A stretch of 32,000 nt of DNA from Pasteurella multocida (GTDB lineage: Bacteria > Pseudomonadota > Gammaproteobacteria > Enterobacterales > Pasteurellaceae), in NCBI RefSeq assembly GCF_900187275.1, contig NZ_LT906458.1, forward strand, positions 1,740,001-1,772,000, read 5' to 3'. Below are positions 18,243 through 28,194 of this stretch, in pieces (position 1 is the stretch's first letter; each line of letters begins with the position of its first letter). The notes under the pieces are model-generated. The model saw only the letters and a program-made list of their open reading frames with translations, ran no database searches and was not told where the DNA came from. The position numbers and the translations under genes were made by a program.

Positions 18243-19937
18243 CTATTTCTGTGTTTTCTTCTCGGCATAACGTTTAATCACGGTTTGCCCAAACACAATA
18301 ATAATTAATGCAATACCCGCTAATGCTGCAGAATAAACCGTTTCGCCATCTTCATTCAGGGTATAAATCGCCACCCCGATCGTACGTGTTGACGGACCAT
18401 ATAACATGACCGAAACCGTTAATTCTCTTAATGCCGGTAAGAAAATGAGGAAGAAAGCAGCAATCATTCCCGGACGCACTAACGGCACGACAATATCTTT
18501 CAGCGATTGCCACATACTTGCACCACAAGCACGTGCTGCTTCAACTAAAGAGTCATGTACTTGTTCTAGCGCTGCGGAGTTGGCTTTTAGTGAGAACGCC
18601 ATGTAACGCGCAATATAGGCAATCAAAATAATCCATACTGTGTTGTATAAATTAATACCAAATTTACCGCTCCACGCTAAAATAACCCCTAACGCAATCA
18701 CCGAGCCGGGTACTGAGAATGGCAACATACCCAAGAATTCAAGAATTCCTTTGCCTTTCACTCGCATCTTCACAATGACATAAGAGATCATTACCCCAGC
18801 AAACATCGTTATCACTGCCGCGGCTAAACCTAATAGCACACTATTGCGGATCGCATCTTTAGTGAGCTGCCAGTCAAACAAGATAAATTTGTAGTTATCA
18901 AAGGTGAGATTTTCCCAAGTAATTGGCAGACCATAGGTTTTTAACCCTCCCACGATAAAAATCGTGACCGTTGGTAACACAATGGTAAACGCGATATAGA
19001 ACACACAAATAAACAATAATGGCATTCTTAATCCTCTGAGTTTCACCTCAACAGGACGGAAACTTTTACCCGCAATAATTTGGAAACGTCCACGATTAAG
19101 AATTTTATTTTGCAACCAAATAATCAACGCAGCCGTCACCACTAATACTGTCGCTAACACCGTTCCGGTCCGAATTGCCTCAAAACTCCCCGCACTTTGA
19201 TGGATACGTTCATAAATTAAGGTCGGAATATTGAAAATCCCATTTTCCACCCCTAATACAGCCACCGTACCAAAGTGAGCCATAGAGTAAAGCATAATCA
19301 ATAACGCACCCGACACGATACTCGGCATCACTAATGGAATCGTGATTTTACGTGTAATGGTAAAAAGACTGGCGCCAGAAATACGCGCTGATTCTTCTAA
19401 CGTCGGGTCCATACGCTCAAGTGCACCACATACTTGAATAAAGACGAAGGGGAACAAATACATGGTTTCTACCGCCATAATGCCCGTATAACTGTAGATA
19501 TTGAAAATCGGTTCCTCTAAACCAAACGTATCCATAAAGAAACGGTTAATATAGCCGGCACGAGGGGAAAGTAACATTTTCCAAGCTAACGCCCCAATAA
19601 AAGACGGCAACATAAAAGGCACGAGAAACATCACTTTCATCAGCCCTTTATAAGGCAAATCGGTACGTGTCACTAACCAGGCAAAAAATGTCCCCACGAT
19701 CGTACTCATGATCGTCACACCAACGGCAATGAATAATGAGTTCAATAAGGCTTCGTAGGTTTCTTTCTGTTTCAAAATATTGACGACATCGGTAACATTA
19801 AATTGCCCATTTACCCAAAAGGAATTAATAAAAATTAATAACACAGGGACAGCAACCACAATCACCAAAATCCCAATTGATAACGCTAAAATCGCATTCG
19901 CCACATTAAATGGACTTTTTTGAATCACTGCGGCCAT
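18243..19937 (-). CDS. ABC transporter permease with two fused BPD_transp_1 domains (FbpB/AfuB-like)
   Basis: 564 aa, about 12 TM segments, two EAA-like loops (DPTLEESARISGASLFTITRKITIPLVMPSIVSG; HDSLVEAARACGASMWQSLKDIVVPLVRPGMIAA). Confidence 0.92.
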   Translation of the reverse strand: MAAVIQKSPFNVANAILALSIGILVIVVAVPVLLIFINSFWVNGQFNVTDVVNILKQKETYEALLNSLFIAVGVTIMSTIVGTFFAWLVTRTDLPYKGLMKVMFLVPFMLPSFIGALAWKMLLSPRAGYINRFFMDTFGLEEPIFNIYSYTGIMAVETMYLFPFVFIQVCGALERMDPTLEESARISGASLFTITRKITIPLVMPSIVSGALLIMLYSMAHFGTVAVLGVENGIFNIPTLIYERIHQSAGSFEAIRTGTVLATVLVVTAALIIWLQNKILNRGRFQIIAGKSFRPVEVKLRGLRMPLLFICVFYIAFTIVLPTVTIFIVGGLKTYGLPITWENLTFDNYKFILFDWQLTKDAIRNSVLLGLAAAVITMFAGVMISYVIVKMRVKGKGILEFLGMLPFSVPGSVIALGVILAWSGKFGINLYNTVWIILIAYIARYMAFSLKANSAALEQVHDSLVEAARACGASMWQSLKDIVVPLVRPGMIAAFFLIFLPALRELTVSVMLYGPSTRTIGVAIYTLNEDGETVYSAALAGIALIIIVFGQTVIKRYAEKKTQK

Positions 19938-19939
19938 TG

Positions 19940-21028
19940 CTACCCCCTTGTTTGCTGAACATGTTGTTGATTATCAGTAAACCAAAGCAAATCATGGAAA
20001 TTAACGTAACAGTCTTCCCCCTCTTGGAACATCAAATCATGTTGCAATGCTTTATTGGTGGAAATTTCTGTTCGTAAAGACACGCCGTCAATATTAATCA
20101 TGTAATCCATTACGGCGCCAAGAAAACTGGCTCGCGCCACTTTACCTTTTAATCCTTCCCCAGATTTGCTCAAAATAATATCTGAAGGGCGACAACCTAA
20201 TTTGCCGGATTCCGCAGGCAGATTTTGCCATTGTAACGCTTGCTTACCTTGTCCAATAAAATGCTGTCCTTCTTCATAGCGCACATGGATAAAATTAGCT
20301 AACCCCATGAATTTAAACACCATTTCATTAGCAGATTTTTCATAAATCTCCCAAGGGGTACCAATTTGTTGAATATCACCGTTTTTATCCATAATGGCTA
20401 AACGATCGGAAATCGCGAGAGCAATCTCTTGATCGTGAGTCACATATAAAATCGTAATGCCCAGTTTCTTTTGTAACTCTTTGATTTCAAAACGCATTTC
20501 TTCTCGTAAATTCGCATCGAGATTATTTAATGGTTCATCTAATAACATCAAAGAGGGCTTCGCCACTAACGCACGTGCTAGCGCGACACGTTGTTGCTGT
20601 CCACCGGAAAGTTGGGAAGGTAAACGTTTTTCCAATCCCGTCAAATTGACCAAATTAACCACTTCCATCACTTGTTGCTGAATTAAGGCTTTATCTAAAT
20701 CCTTCAGCTTTAATGGATACGCAATGTTGTCGAAAACGGTCATGTGCGGCCAAACCGCATAATCTTGAAATACCACCCCCAGACTTCGTTGATCAGGGGG
20801 GATATCAATGCCTTCTGCTGGATCAGACACCACATGTTCGTCAATTAAAATGCGTCCGCTATCAGGCACGTCAAACCCGGCTAACAAACGAAGTAAGACC
20901 GTTTTACCACAGCCAGATGGTCCAAGTAAGGTAAAACATTCACCATCTTTCACTACAAGAGATAAATCTTTTAGCACTTCATTCGAACCAAACGCTTTAC
21001 TGACCTTTTCGAATGTGATTGTTGCCAT
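19940..21028 (-). CDS. ABC transporter ATP-binding protein 1 (FbpC/AfuC-like)
   Basis: [25 protein letters not shown]..., [78 protein letters not shown]. Confidence 0.92.
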   Translation of the reverse strand: MATITFEKVSKAFGSNEVLKDLSLVVKDGECFTLLGPSGCGKTVLLRLLAGFDVPDSGRILIDEHVVSDPAEGIDIPPDQRSLGVVFQDYAVWPHMTVFDNIAYPLKLKDLDKALIQQQVMEVVNLVNLTGLEKRLPSQLSGGQQQRVALARALVAKPSLMLLDEPLNNLDANLREEMRFEIKELQKKLGITILYVTHDQEIALAISDRLAIMDKNGDIQQIGTPWEIYEKSANEMVFKFMGLANFIHVRYEEGQHFIGQGKQALQWQNLPAESGKLGCRPSDIILSKSGEGLKGKVARASFLGAVMDYMINIDGVSLRTEISTNKALQHDLMFQEGEDCYVNFHDLLWFTDNQQHVQQTRG

Positions 21029-21042
21029 AGTGCACTCCTGTT

Positions 21043-22032
21043 TTATTGACGTCCTTGGAGGATTTGGGTGAATTTCTTCACAATCTCTTCTTTCTCCGTC
21101 AAGATTGCTTGATAATCAATCGGAATAGCACGACTAATCGCATCTTCTACTGTTGGCATACCTTCTAAGGTTGCAACACCTTTTCTCACTGGTAACGTAC
21201 CTTCATGCGCAATAATGTGTTGTGCTTCTTCAGACAATAAGAAATCAATGAATTTTTTAGCCGCAGCTGGGTTTTTGGTGCCTTTGAAAATCGCAGCAGG
21301 GCTTGGAATCACTAACATTTCTTTTGGATAGACCAATTTAAGCTGCGCACCTTTTTTGATTTTGTCGTTGGTAATATAATCCACCGCTAACGACGCTAAT
21401 AAGTCACCCGAGGCAGTATCATCCACGACTTGACCCGATCCTTTCCCCACTTTACCTTTATTAGCTTTGATTTTTTCAAAAAACTCCCAGCCAAAAGTCG
21501 ATTTCAACAAGGCAACACTCATATACGCCGTTCCCGATAAAGCCGGGTTAGCAATACCAAAAGCCCCTTTGTATTTTGCGCCCGTAATATCATCCCAGCT
21601 TGTCGGGGGCTCTTTCACAAAACGCGTGTTATAGGCAATACCTAAGGTACCTAAACGAATCGGTGTAAAGGAACCATCAAAATCTGGAATCGGGTTCACA
21701 ATATGCTCAACTTCAGGTGACACATACGCATCTAGCATGCCATTAGCTTTCATTTTAAAGAAATCCGGTACTTCACTGGTCCAAATGACATCTGCCATAA
21801 TTTGTCCTGATTCTTTTTCTGCAGCAATTTTTGCCATGAGTTTGCCTGCACCAGCAGATTGATAATCCATCGCAATGTCAGGATGCTTTTCGTTAAATTT
21901 TGTTTTTAACGCACCAATTAACGATTCTTTCATCGAGGTATAAACAATGAGTTTTTCATTTGCATGCGCAACACCTGCAATTGTCATACTTAATCCGAGT
22001 GCAATCAGGGCTGAAGAGAATGTTTTTTTCAT
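21043..22032 (-). CDS. Periplasmic ABC transporter substrate-binding protein (FbpA/AfuA-like, substrate uncertain)
   Basis: Signal peptide MKKTFSSALIALGLSMTIAGVAHA, then NEKLIVYTSMKESLIGALKTKFNEKHPDIAMDYQSAGAGKLMAKIAAEKESGQIMADVIWTSE...YKGAFGIANPALSGTAYMSVALL. Confidence 0.9.
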   Translation of the reverse strand: MKKTFSSALIALGLSMTIAGVAHANEKLIVYTSMKESLIGALKTKFNEKHPDIAMDYQSAGAGKLMAKIAAEKESGQIMADVIWTSEVPDFFKMKANGMLDAYVSPEVEHIVNPIPDFDGSFTPIRLGTLGIAYNTRFVKEPPTSWDDITGAKYKGAFGIANPALSGTAYMSVALLKSTFGWEFFEKIKANKGKVGKGSGQVVDDTASGDLLASLAVDYITNDKIKKGAQLKLVYPKEMLVIPSPAAIFKGTKNPAAAKKFIDFLLSEEAQHIIAHEGTLPVRKGVATLEGMPTVEDAISRAIPIDYQAILTEKEEIVKKFTQILQGRQ

Positions 22033-22158
22033 GATCTGATCCTTCCTATTTTGTGATGTATGAGAATGATTATGAGGGGGAGTTACTACTAAACTGATTT
22101 CATCTATCGTATGAAATTTAACCTACAATACCCCCCAAAAACACAAAATAAAAGTCTC

Positions 22159-22223
22159 GTCAATGTGCGACAAATCAGTCAAATTTAACTCATTTTGACA
22201 TGATATGGCTGTCAAAATTGACA
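22159..22223. promoter_or_regulatory. Cluster of TGTCAA/TTGACA-type half-sites in the divergent intergenic region
   Basis: gtcaa at 22159-22163 and 22178-22182; ATTTTGACA (22192-22200) / TGTCAAAAT (22210-22218) perfect 9-bp inverted repeat; TGTCAAAATTGACA at 22210-22223. Confidence 0.5.
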
Positions 22224-22402
22224 CATTTTCTCAAGCGATACGTCGCTTCCAATGATTTATGAAAAAAAGCCCTATAAATGACTCAAAATATCCGATAAGT
22301 CTTTAAAATATAAATTCTCTTTTTTTGAGATAGATCACAAAAAAAAGCCCCTATTCCGCCACTATTTTGGGTAAGATGACACAGTAAGATGGGTTAATCG
22401 AT

Positions 22403-23647
22403 GTGATCACTATGCGCTCCAAAAGACAAAATTACATCATATACTTTGTCGTCACCTTATTGGCTTTTATTCACCCAATAAAAGCAGAGGAGCTCGTGAT
22501 CGGTACAACATTTGCTTTAGAGGGCGTGCAACATCTCATCAAGGAATGGAATAAACAACCCGATAGTTTCCCAATTACTACTTTAAACCGCACGAGTGCC
22601 TCATTAAATCAGCTGCTCTCTACTGAAAAAGCGCGTGAAGTTGATCTCATTCTGAGTTCATCTCCGATGCTGTTTTATAATTTACAGCATAAAAACAAGC
22701 TAGCCCCCTTACCTCCTAACATTGAGCATGACACACGCTTCCTCCCCGATCTCCTGCAACCGACCACGGTTGCTTTTGCACTGTCAGGTTACGGCATGCT
22801 TTTTAATATCCCGTTATTACAACAAACTCACTTACCTTTCCCGCAATCTTGGCAAGATCTTACACATCCGGATTTACAAGGGCTCGTGATTATCAGTAGC
22901 CCTACGCGATCAGACACAAATCACATCATGGTAGAAGCGCTATTACAGCGCTATGGTTGGCAACAAGGGTGGGAATTAATTGAAAAAATTATGTTGAATG
23001 TGGGGACAATTTCATCACGCAGTTTTGGGGTGGTGGATAAAGTGCAAGCGAATTTAGGCGCGGTGGGCATTACTATTGATAACTATGCACATATTTTAAC
23101 AACACAAGATCAATCACATTTAGCTTTTCATTATTTTCCTGATTTTCCAATTTCGCCAACCTTTATTGCTGTCGTAGCAGAAAGTCGCAAAAAGCAACAC
23201 GCATTCCGCTTTATTCGCTTTTTACTCAGTGCCACAGGTCAACAAATCCTAACCGATCCGCAGATGAGCAAATACCCGATTACCCCACTGCCTGCAAGTC
23301 ATCCTCAAGCCGCACTACAACAGCAACTCTTCGCTCAGCCTCCACTGAACTATCATCTGTTAATTAAGCGGCAAGAATTAGTCAAATTATTATTTGAACA
23401 ACAAATTACTCACCGTTTAAGCTTATTGAAAGAACATTGGCATCTATTACACCAAAAAGAACGCGCGTTGAATCGACCGCTTCCTGAGCTACGCCAAATT
23501 CTCACTGCCTTACCAGTATCCGCAGAACAAGCAGAAAATGATGATTACTTAACCCATTTTAATCGCAGCCAAGAATTACTTAATTGGCAACATTTTTTTA
23601 TTGCCCAGCAACTTGCTTTCGTTAACGCATTGGAAAATCAAGAATGA
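22403..23647 (+). CDS. Periplasmic substrate-binding-like protein, PgtC-like, first gene of the sensory operon
   Basis: Signal peptide then EELVIGTTFALEGVQHLIKEWNKQPDSFPITTLNRTSASLNQLL...REVDLILSSSPMLFYNLQHKNKLAPLP...DPQMSKYPITPLPASHP. The track start at 22403 is GTG; ATG at 22412 is equally plausible. Confidence 0.8.
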   Translation: MITMRSKRQNYIIYFVVTLLAFIHPIKAEELVIGTTFALEGVQHLIKEWNKQPDSFPITTLNRTSASLNQLLSTEKAREVDLILSSSPMLFYNLQHKNKLAPLPPNIEHDTRFLPDLLQPTTVAFALSGYGMLFNIPLLQQTHLPFPQSWQDLTHPDLQGLVIISSPTRSDTNHIMVEALLQRYGWQQGWELIEKIMLNVGTISSRSFGVVDKVQANLGAVGITIDNYAHILTTQDQSHLAFHYFPDFPISPTFIAVVAESRKKQHAFRFIRFLLSATGQQILTDPQMSKYPITPLPASHPQAALQQQLFAQPPLNYHLLIKRQELVKLLFEQQITHRLSLLKEHWHLLHQKERALNRPLPELRQILTALPVSAEQAENDDYLTHFNRSQELLNWQHFFIAQQLAFVNALENQE

Positions 23648-25626
23648 AAAAATGGTTGAAACATTTAGATTTGAGCACTGGCTTACAACTGTCTTTTCTG
23701 ATCAGTGGGCTACTTTGTCTGTTTGTCGGTGGCGTGGGGCTTTATACTTGGCAGCAACAACGCACGGAAATCAATTTCGCACTCGATAAAGATTTTCCTA
23801 AAGTGCAAGCCGCGTTTCAAACAGAAGAACAAATTAATATCCTCCATCATGCCTTTATCCATTTGGTCAATGTCAAAAACACCAATGAGAAAGTCGAACG
23901 CTACAACCATGCAAAGCAACAGCTTTCGACGTTAAAGGAACTGATCATTGAATTAGATGAAAATTTAGATGAGGATTTGATGGCATTATTACAGCAACAA
24001 GCCTCACTTTTAGAACAAATATCACAAAATATCACAGGTACGCTCACGTTAAACGATGAACTGAATAAAACCATTTCTCAAATCAACTGGTTACATAATG
24101 ATTTTCACAATGAATTCACCGCACTTTTGCAAGAAATGAGCTGGCAACAATCTACTCTGGCTAACAATATTGTTCAACAGCCACACAACAAACAAAAAAT
24201 CGAACAATTAAAAAAACTGCAACAAGAATTATTGTTAGTTTACGATTTCACTACTTATGAAGAGCAAATTATCACAGAATTACGCACTCAGATAACAGAG
24301 CCAACTGAAAGCAATGTCATTCGACTACACAATTATTTGAGCTATTTATCGTTATTAATTACTAACCGAATTCAGTTGCTTGGTCTTCATTCCTCCACGT
24401 CAACCATTAAACAAATTTTAGATGAACTGATTAACTTTGGCTTAAACCCACAAGCACTCCCCGCCCTGTTTGCAATCCGTACCGAACTGAACCAACAACG
24501 AGAACAGCTGATTCAACAAAGTGATAAGATATTCGAGGCATTTCGCGAGCAAATCAGTACTCAAATTGGTAACAGTAAACAACAATTACATTTACTGCAT
24601 AATATTGTCGAAAAAAGTACTACATTCAACGGCGCATTAATTTTATTGGTGATGCTATTTGCGGGAATTTTTGTCATCGGTATTAACTTCTTTTATATTC
24701 GTTTACGTCTCTTAAAACGTTTTCAACAACTTAACCACGCCGTAGTTCAATTAACCAATGGCGAGCCCAACGTCAAAATCGCCATTTATGGCAATGATGA
24801 ATTAGGGCGGATTGCTAAATTATTGCGCTTATTTCTGTTCGAAATGAATCACAAAACAGAAGAGTTAAAATCGCGTAATCAAGTTCTCTTAGAGGAAATC
24901 GAACACCGTATTGAAGTACAAACCGCATTAGAAAATGCCCAAAATGAACTAACCCAAGCCGCAAAACTGGCTGCTGTCGGTAAAACCTTGACTTCGATTA
25001 GCCATGAAATTACACAACCACTTAATGCCATGAACGCTTATTTGTTTAGTGCGAAAAAAGCCGTGAGTAAACAAAACAGTGAGGCAGCACTTGAATACTT
25101 AAATAAAATCAATCATTTAGTTGAACGCACGGCGCTGATTGTCAAACGCTTACGGCAATTCTCACGCCAAGGGAGCGGCAAAATACAAGCTGTCAATTTA
25201 ATGGATTGTATTCAAAGCGCGTGGGAATTATTGGAATCACAACATAAACCGCGTCAAAGTCAGCTCATCACGCCCACAGATTTACCACTCGTATTAGGTG
25301 AAGATGTCCTTATCGAACAAGTGTTTGTCAATCTCTTCCTCAATGCTTTAGAAGCCATTGAACACACACCGCCCCAAATTCATATTGACGTTGACAGCGA
25401 TAATGCGGAAGACCTCTGTTTATGGATCACCGACAATGGTCAAGGTTGGCCCTTAACTGACAAGTTATTGCAACCTTTTTCGAGCAGTAAATCGATCAAT
25501 TTAGGTTTAGGACTATCCATTAGTCAATCCATCATGGAGCAATGTCAAGGATCATTGACCATTGCCTCTACTCTCACCCATAATGCATTAGTGATATTAA
25601 AATTTAAGGTGGCTCAACATGTTTAA
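23644..25626 (+). CDS. Membrane sensor histidine kinase, PgtB/DctB-like
   Basis: Two TM segments, HAMP-like region, H-box AKLAAVGKTLTSISHEITQPLNAMNAYL, N box VFVNLFLNALEAI, G boxes ITDNGQGWP and LGLGLSISQSIM. Confidence 0.92.
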   Translation: MKKWLKHLDLSTGLQLSFLISGLLCLFVGGVGLYTWQQQRTEINFALDKDFPKVQAAFQTEEQINILHHAFIHLVNVKNTNEKVERYNHAKQQLSTLKELIIELDENLDEDLMALLQQQASLLEQISQNITGTLTLNDELNKTISQINWLHNDFHNEFTALLQEMSWQQSTLANNIVQQPHNKQKIEQLKKLQQELLLVYDFTTYEEQIITELRTQITEPTESNVIRLHNYLSYLSLLITNRIQLLGLHSSTSTIKQILDELINFGLNPQALPALFAIRTELNQQREQLIQQSDKIFEAFREQISTQIGNSKQQLHLLHNIVEKSTTFNGALILLVMLFAGIFVIGINFFYIRLRLLKRFQQLNHAVVQLTNGEPNVKIAIYGNDELGRIAKLLRLFLFEMNHKTEELKSRNQVLLEEIEHRIEVQTALENAQNELTQAAKLAAVGKTLTSISHEITQPLNAMNAYLFSAKKAVSKQNSEAALEYLNKINHLVERTALIVKRLRQFSRQGSGKIQAVNLMDCIQSAWELLESQHKPRQSQLITPTDLPLVLGEDVLIEQVFVNLFLNALEAIEHTPPQIHIDVDSDNAEDLCLWITDNGQGWPLTDKLLQPFSSSKSINLGLGLSISQSIMEQCQGSLTIASTLTHNALVILKFKVAQHV

Positions 25627-26872
25627 TCCTGCCTATAACGTACTCTTAATTGATGACGACATGGATATTCTCGATTCTTATCAGGATTTATTACGACAAG
25701 AAGGCTATCAAGTGATCACCTGTGCAGACCCGATAGATATTGTGGCGCAAATTCCAGAAAACTGGATTGGGATCATCCTTTGTGATGTCTTGTTGCCCAA
25801 TATTTCAGGTTTAAAAATCTTAGAAGATATCATTCAACGCGATGCACAGATTCCTGTGATTATGATCACGGGTCACGGTGATGTTCCCATGGCAGTGGAG
25901 GCTGTCAAAAAAGGCGCCACAAATTTTCTTGAAAAACCCATCTCAGCAGAAAATTTACTGATTCAAGTCGCACAAGCATTAGAAAAACGCGCTGCCTTAA
26001 TGGAAAATCGCCAATGGCAATTAGAAAAGCTGAGCGAAAGCTTTATTGGTCAAAGTGAATGGATTATCGCTATGCGCCACCAGCTACAAAAACTCGCCGA
26101 CATTGATGTCCCCCTCTTTTTATGGGGAGAAACGGGCACTGGACGTTATCTTTCTGCCACTTACTTACATAAACTCAGTGCCCGTCAGAACGCTCCGTTT
26201 ATTTATCATGAATGTTTACCGCAAGCACAATGCAACCTAGACAAATGCCTAGACGATGTACAGCAGGGCACACTGGTGTTAAAAAATATCCACCATTTAG
26301 CACAAACGGAACAGCAACATTTAGCCAAAGCCTTAAATATGGAAGGATGCGCCTTTAGGCTGATCTTAATCAGTGATTTTGCACTGCTCACGCTCATTCA
26401 AGAACAACGGATTTGCTCAGAACTGTATTATTTATTTTTACATACGCAATTTGAATTATTGCCACTCAAAAAACGCCCCAGCGATATTCTGCCTATCTTC
26501 TGCCATTATGTGCATAAAAGTTGCGCCAGATTAAATAAAGAGTACGTCGAACCTAATAAAAAATTAATACAACATTTACTCACACAAACTTGGCAAGGCA
26601 ATGTCAAAGAGCTTATCCATGTGGCAGAATTATATGCGATTGGCTTATTGGCAGAACAAACGCCAATGAGCAATCCCCTTGCCCTTAAAACAGAGCATAT
26701 CAAACCGCTTGATGAACAGATCAATGAATATGAAAAACAAATCATTGAAGATGCGTTAATTTTTTATCAAGGGCGAATTAATGATGTGGCGACTTATCTG
26801 AATATTCCACGTAAAAAACTCTATTTGCGTATGAAAAAACACCATATCGATAAAAAGCACTATAAATGTTAG
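25619..26872 (+). CDS. NtrC-family response regulator, PgtA/DctD-like, with degenerate AAA+ domain
   Basis: Receiver LLIDDDMDILDSYQDLLRQEGYQVITC...ILCDVLLPNISGLKILEDI...VIMITGHGDVPMAVEAVKKGATNFLEKPIS; AAA+ remnant LWGETGTGRYLSATYLHKLSARQNAPFIYHECLP; C-terminal Fis-like HTH NDVATYLNIPRKKLYLRMKKHHI. Confidence 0.9.
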   Translation: MFNPAYNVLLIDDDMDILDSYQDLLRQEGYQVITCADPIDIVAQIPENWIGIILCDVLLPNISGLKILEDIIQRDAQIPVIMITGHGDVPMAVEAVKKGATNFLEKPISAENLLIQVAQALEKRAALMENRQWQLEKLSESFIGQSEWIIAMRHQLQKLADIDVPLFLWGETGTGRYLSATYLHKLSARQNAPFIYHECLPQAQCNLDKCLDDVQQGTLVLKNIHHLAQTEQQHLAKALNMEGCAFRLILISDFALLTLIQEQRICSELYYLFLHTQFELLPLKKRPSDILPIFCHYVHKSCARLNKEYVEPNKKLIQHLLTQTWQGNVKELIHVAELYAIGLLAEQTPMSNPLALKTEHIKPLDEQINEYEKQIIEDALIFYQGRINDVATYLNIPRKKLYLRMKKHHIDKKHYKC

Positions 26873-27036
26873 GCAAAAAACTAAGAAAATAGGATGTGAT
26901 GCCTGCGCTCAATGTGGGCTATTCTTTGTTCGCGTCCTGCATAAATATAAATCCTGCTTCTTATCACAATCTATTTTACATCTCGCCAAAATCACTTTAT
27001 CCTTTTTAGCTCCCATAGCTTGTATCAAAAATAACG

Positions 27037-28050
27037 ATGATGAAAAAAAATACACTCTTTCTTGGCTTAGTTTTTATTGGCATCTTAACTTTTCTAGTGA
27101 ATCTTTTGGCGAAAACGCCTTTCGCTCTCAATGCCAACCTCAGTGCACTGACGATTGCGATTCTGTTAGGTATTTTATTCGGCAACACTTTTTACCCCAA
27201 AATTTCTCAATACACCGCGCAAGGCGTGATTTTTGCCAAAGGCACCTTATTACGCTTAGGTATTATTTTGTATGGCTTTCGCCTCACGCTACAAGACATT
27301 AGTAACGTTGGCATAAATGCTATTGCGACGGATACCATTATGCTGATTAGCACTTTCTTGCTCACCTTGTGGCTAGGGATTCGTTATTTAAAAATGGATA
27401 AACAAATTGTGTATTTAACTGCCGGTGGTTGTAGCATTTGCGGTGCTGCCGCGATTATGTCCATGCAACCGGTCACCAAAGCGGAATCCCATCAGGTGTC
27501 GATTGCGGTAGCCGTCATTGTGATTTTTGGCACCCTTTCCATGTTCTTGTACCCGTTAATGTACCCTTATCTCACTACTTGGCTAAGTGAACATCAATTT
27601 GGCATTTATATTGGTTCAAGTGTGCATGAAGTGGCGCAAGTGTACGCGGCGGGTGGCAATATTAGTCCTGCGGTGGCAGATACCGCCGTGATTTCCAAAA
27701 TGATCCGGGTGATGATGCTCGCCCCATTCTTACTATTGGTGTCTTGGTTACTGGCGAAGCAAAGTGACAATCCACAAAATAGCAAAATCACCATTCCCTG
27801 GTTTGCCTTTTTATTTATTTTCATGGCGGTGATCAATTCCTTTTCTCTCATCCCCGCCCATATCGTCGCTTGGATTGTGGAAATTGACGGCTTATTACTG
27901 ATCGCCGCGATGACCGCTCTAGGCTTAACCACACATATCAGCGCCATTAAACAGGCTGGCATCAAACCACTGATTTTGGGCGCACTCGTACTATGCTGGT
28001 TGGTCATCGGTGGATTTTTCGTGAATGTGGGCATTAGCCAACTACTCTAG
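27037..28050 (+). CDS. yeiH: YeiH/UPF0324 family putative sulfate exporter
   Basis: 337 aa polytopic: [56 protein letters not shown]...[27 protein letters not shown]...[38 protein letters not shown]. Confidence 0.88.
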   Translation: MMKKNTLFLGLVFIGILTFLVNLLAKTPFALNANLSALTIAILLGILFGNTFYPKISQYTAQGVIFAKGTLLRLGIILYGFRLTLQDISNVGINAIATDTIMLISTFLLTLWLGIRYLKMDKQIVYLTAGGCSICGAAAIMSMQPVTKAESHQVSIAVAVIVIFGTLSMFLYPLMYPYLTTWLSEHQFGIYIGSSVHEVAQVYAAGGNISPAVADTAVISKMIRVMMLAPFLLLVSWLLAKQSDNPQNSKITIPWFAFLFIFMAVINSFSLIPAHIVAWIVEIDGLLLIAAMTALGLTTHISAIKQAGIKPLILGALVLCWLVIGGFFVNVGISQLL

Positions 28051-28194
28051 CCAGCCGAAAAATCAGAAAAGTGCGGTCGATTTCAAAAACGTTTTCGCTT
28101 TGAGAGATTGACCGCTTTTGTATTAGATAAGGTGATATCATCAACTCGGATCACGCTCGAGCCCACACGAGTGCGGTTTGTTTTTCTCAAGAAG

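Noticed and set aside
19123-20934. Plus-strand ORFs opposite the ABC transporter genes (for example 20457-20681, 20713-20934)
   Set aside because: Complements of conserved ATPase motifs, with no ribosome-binding context or recognisable domain.
27606-28034. 142-aa minus-strand ORF opposite yeiH
   Set aside because: Antisense to a conserved membrane protein gene; composition looks like a shadow reading frame.
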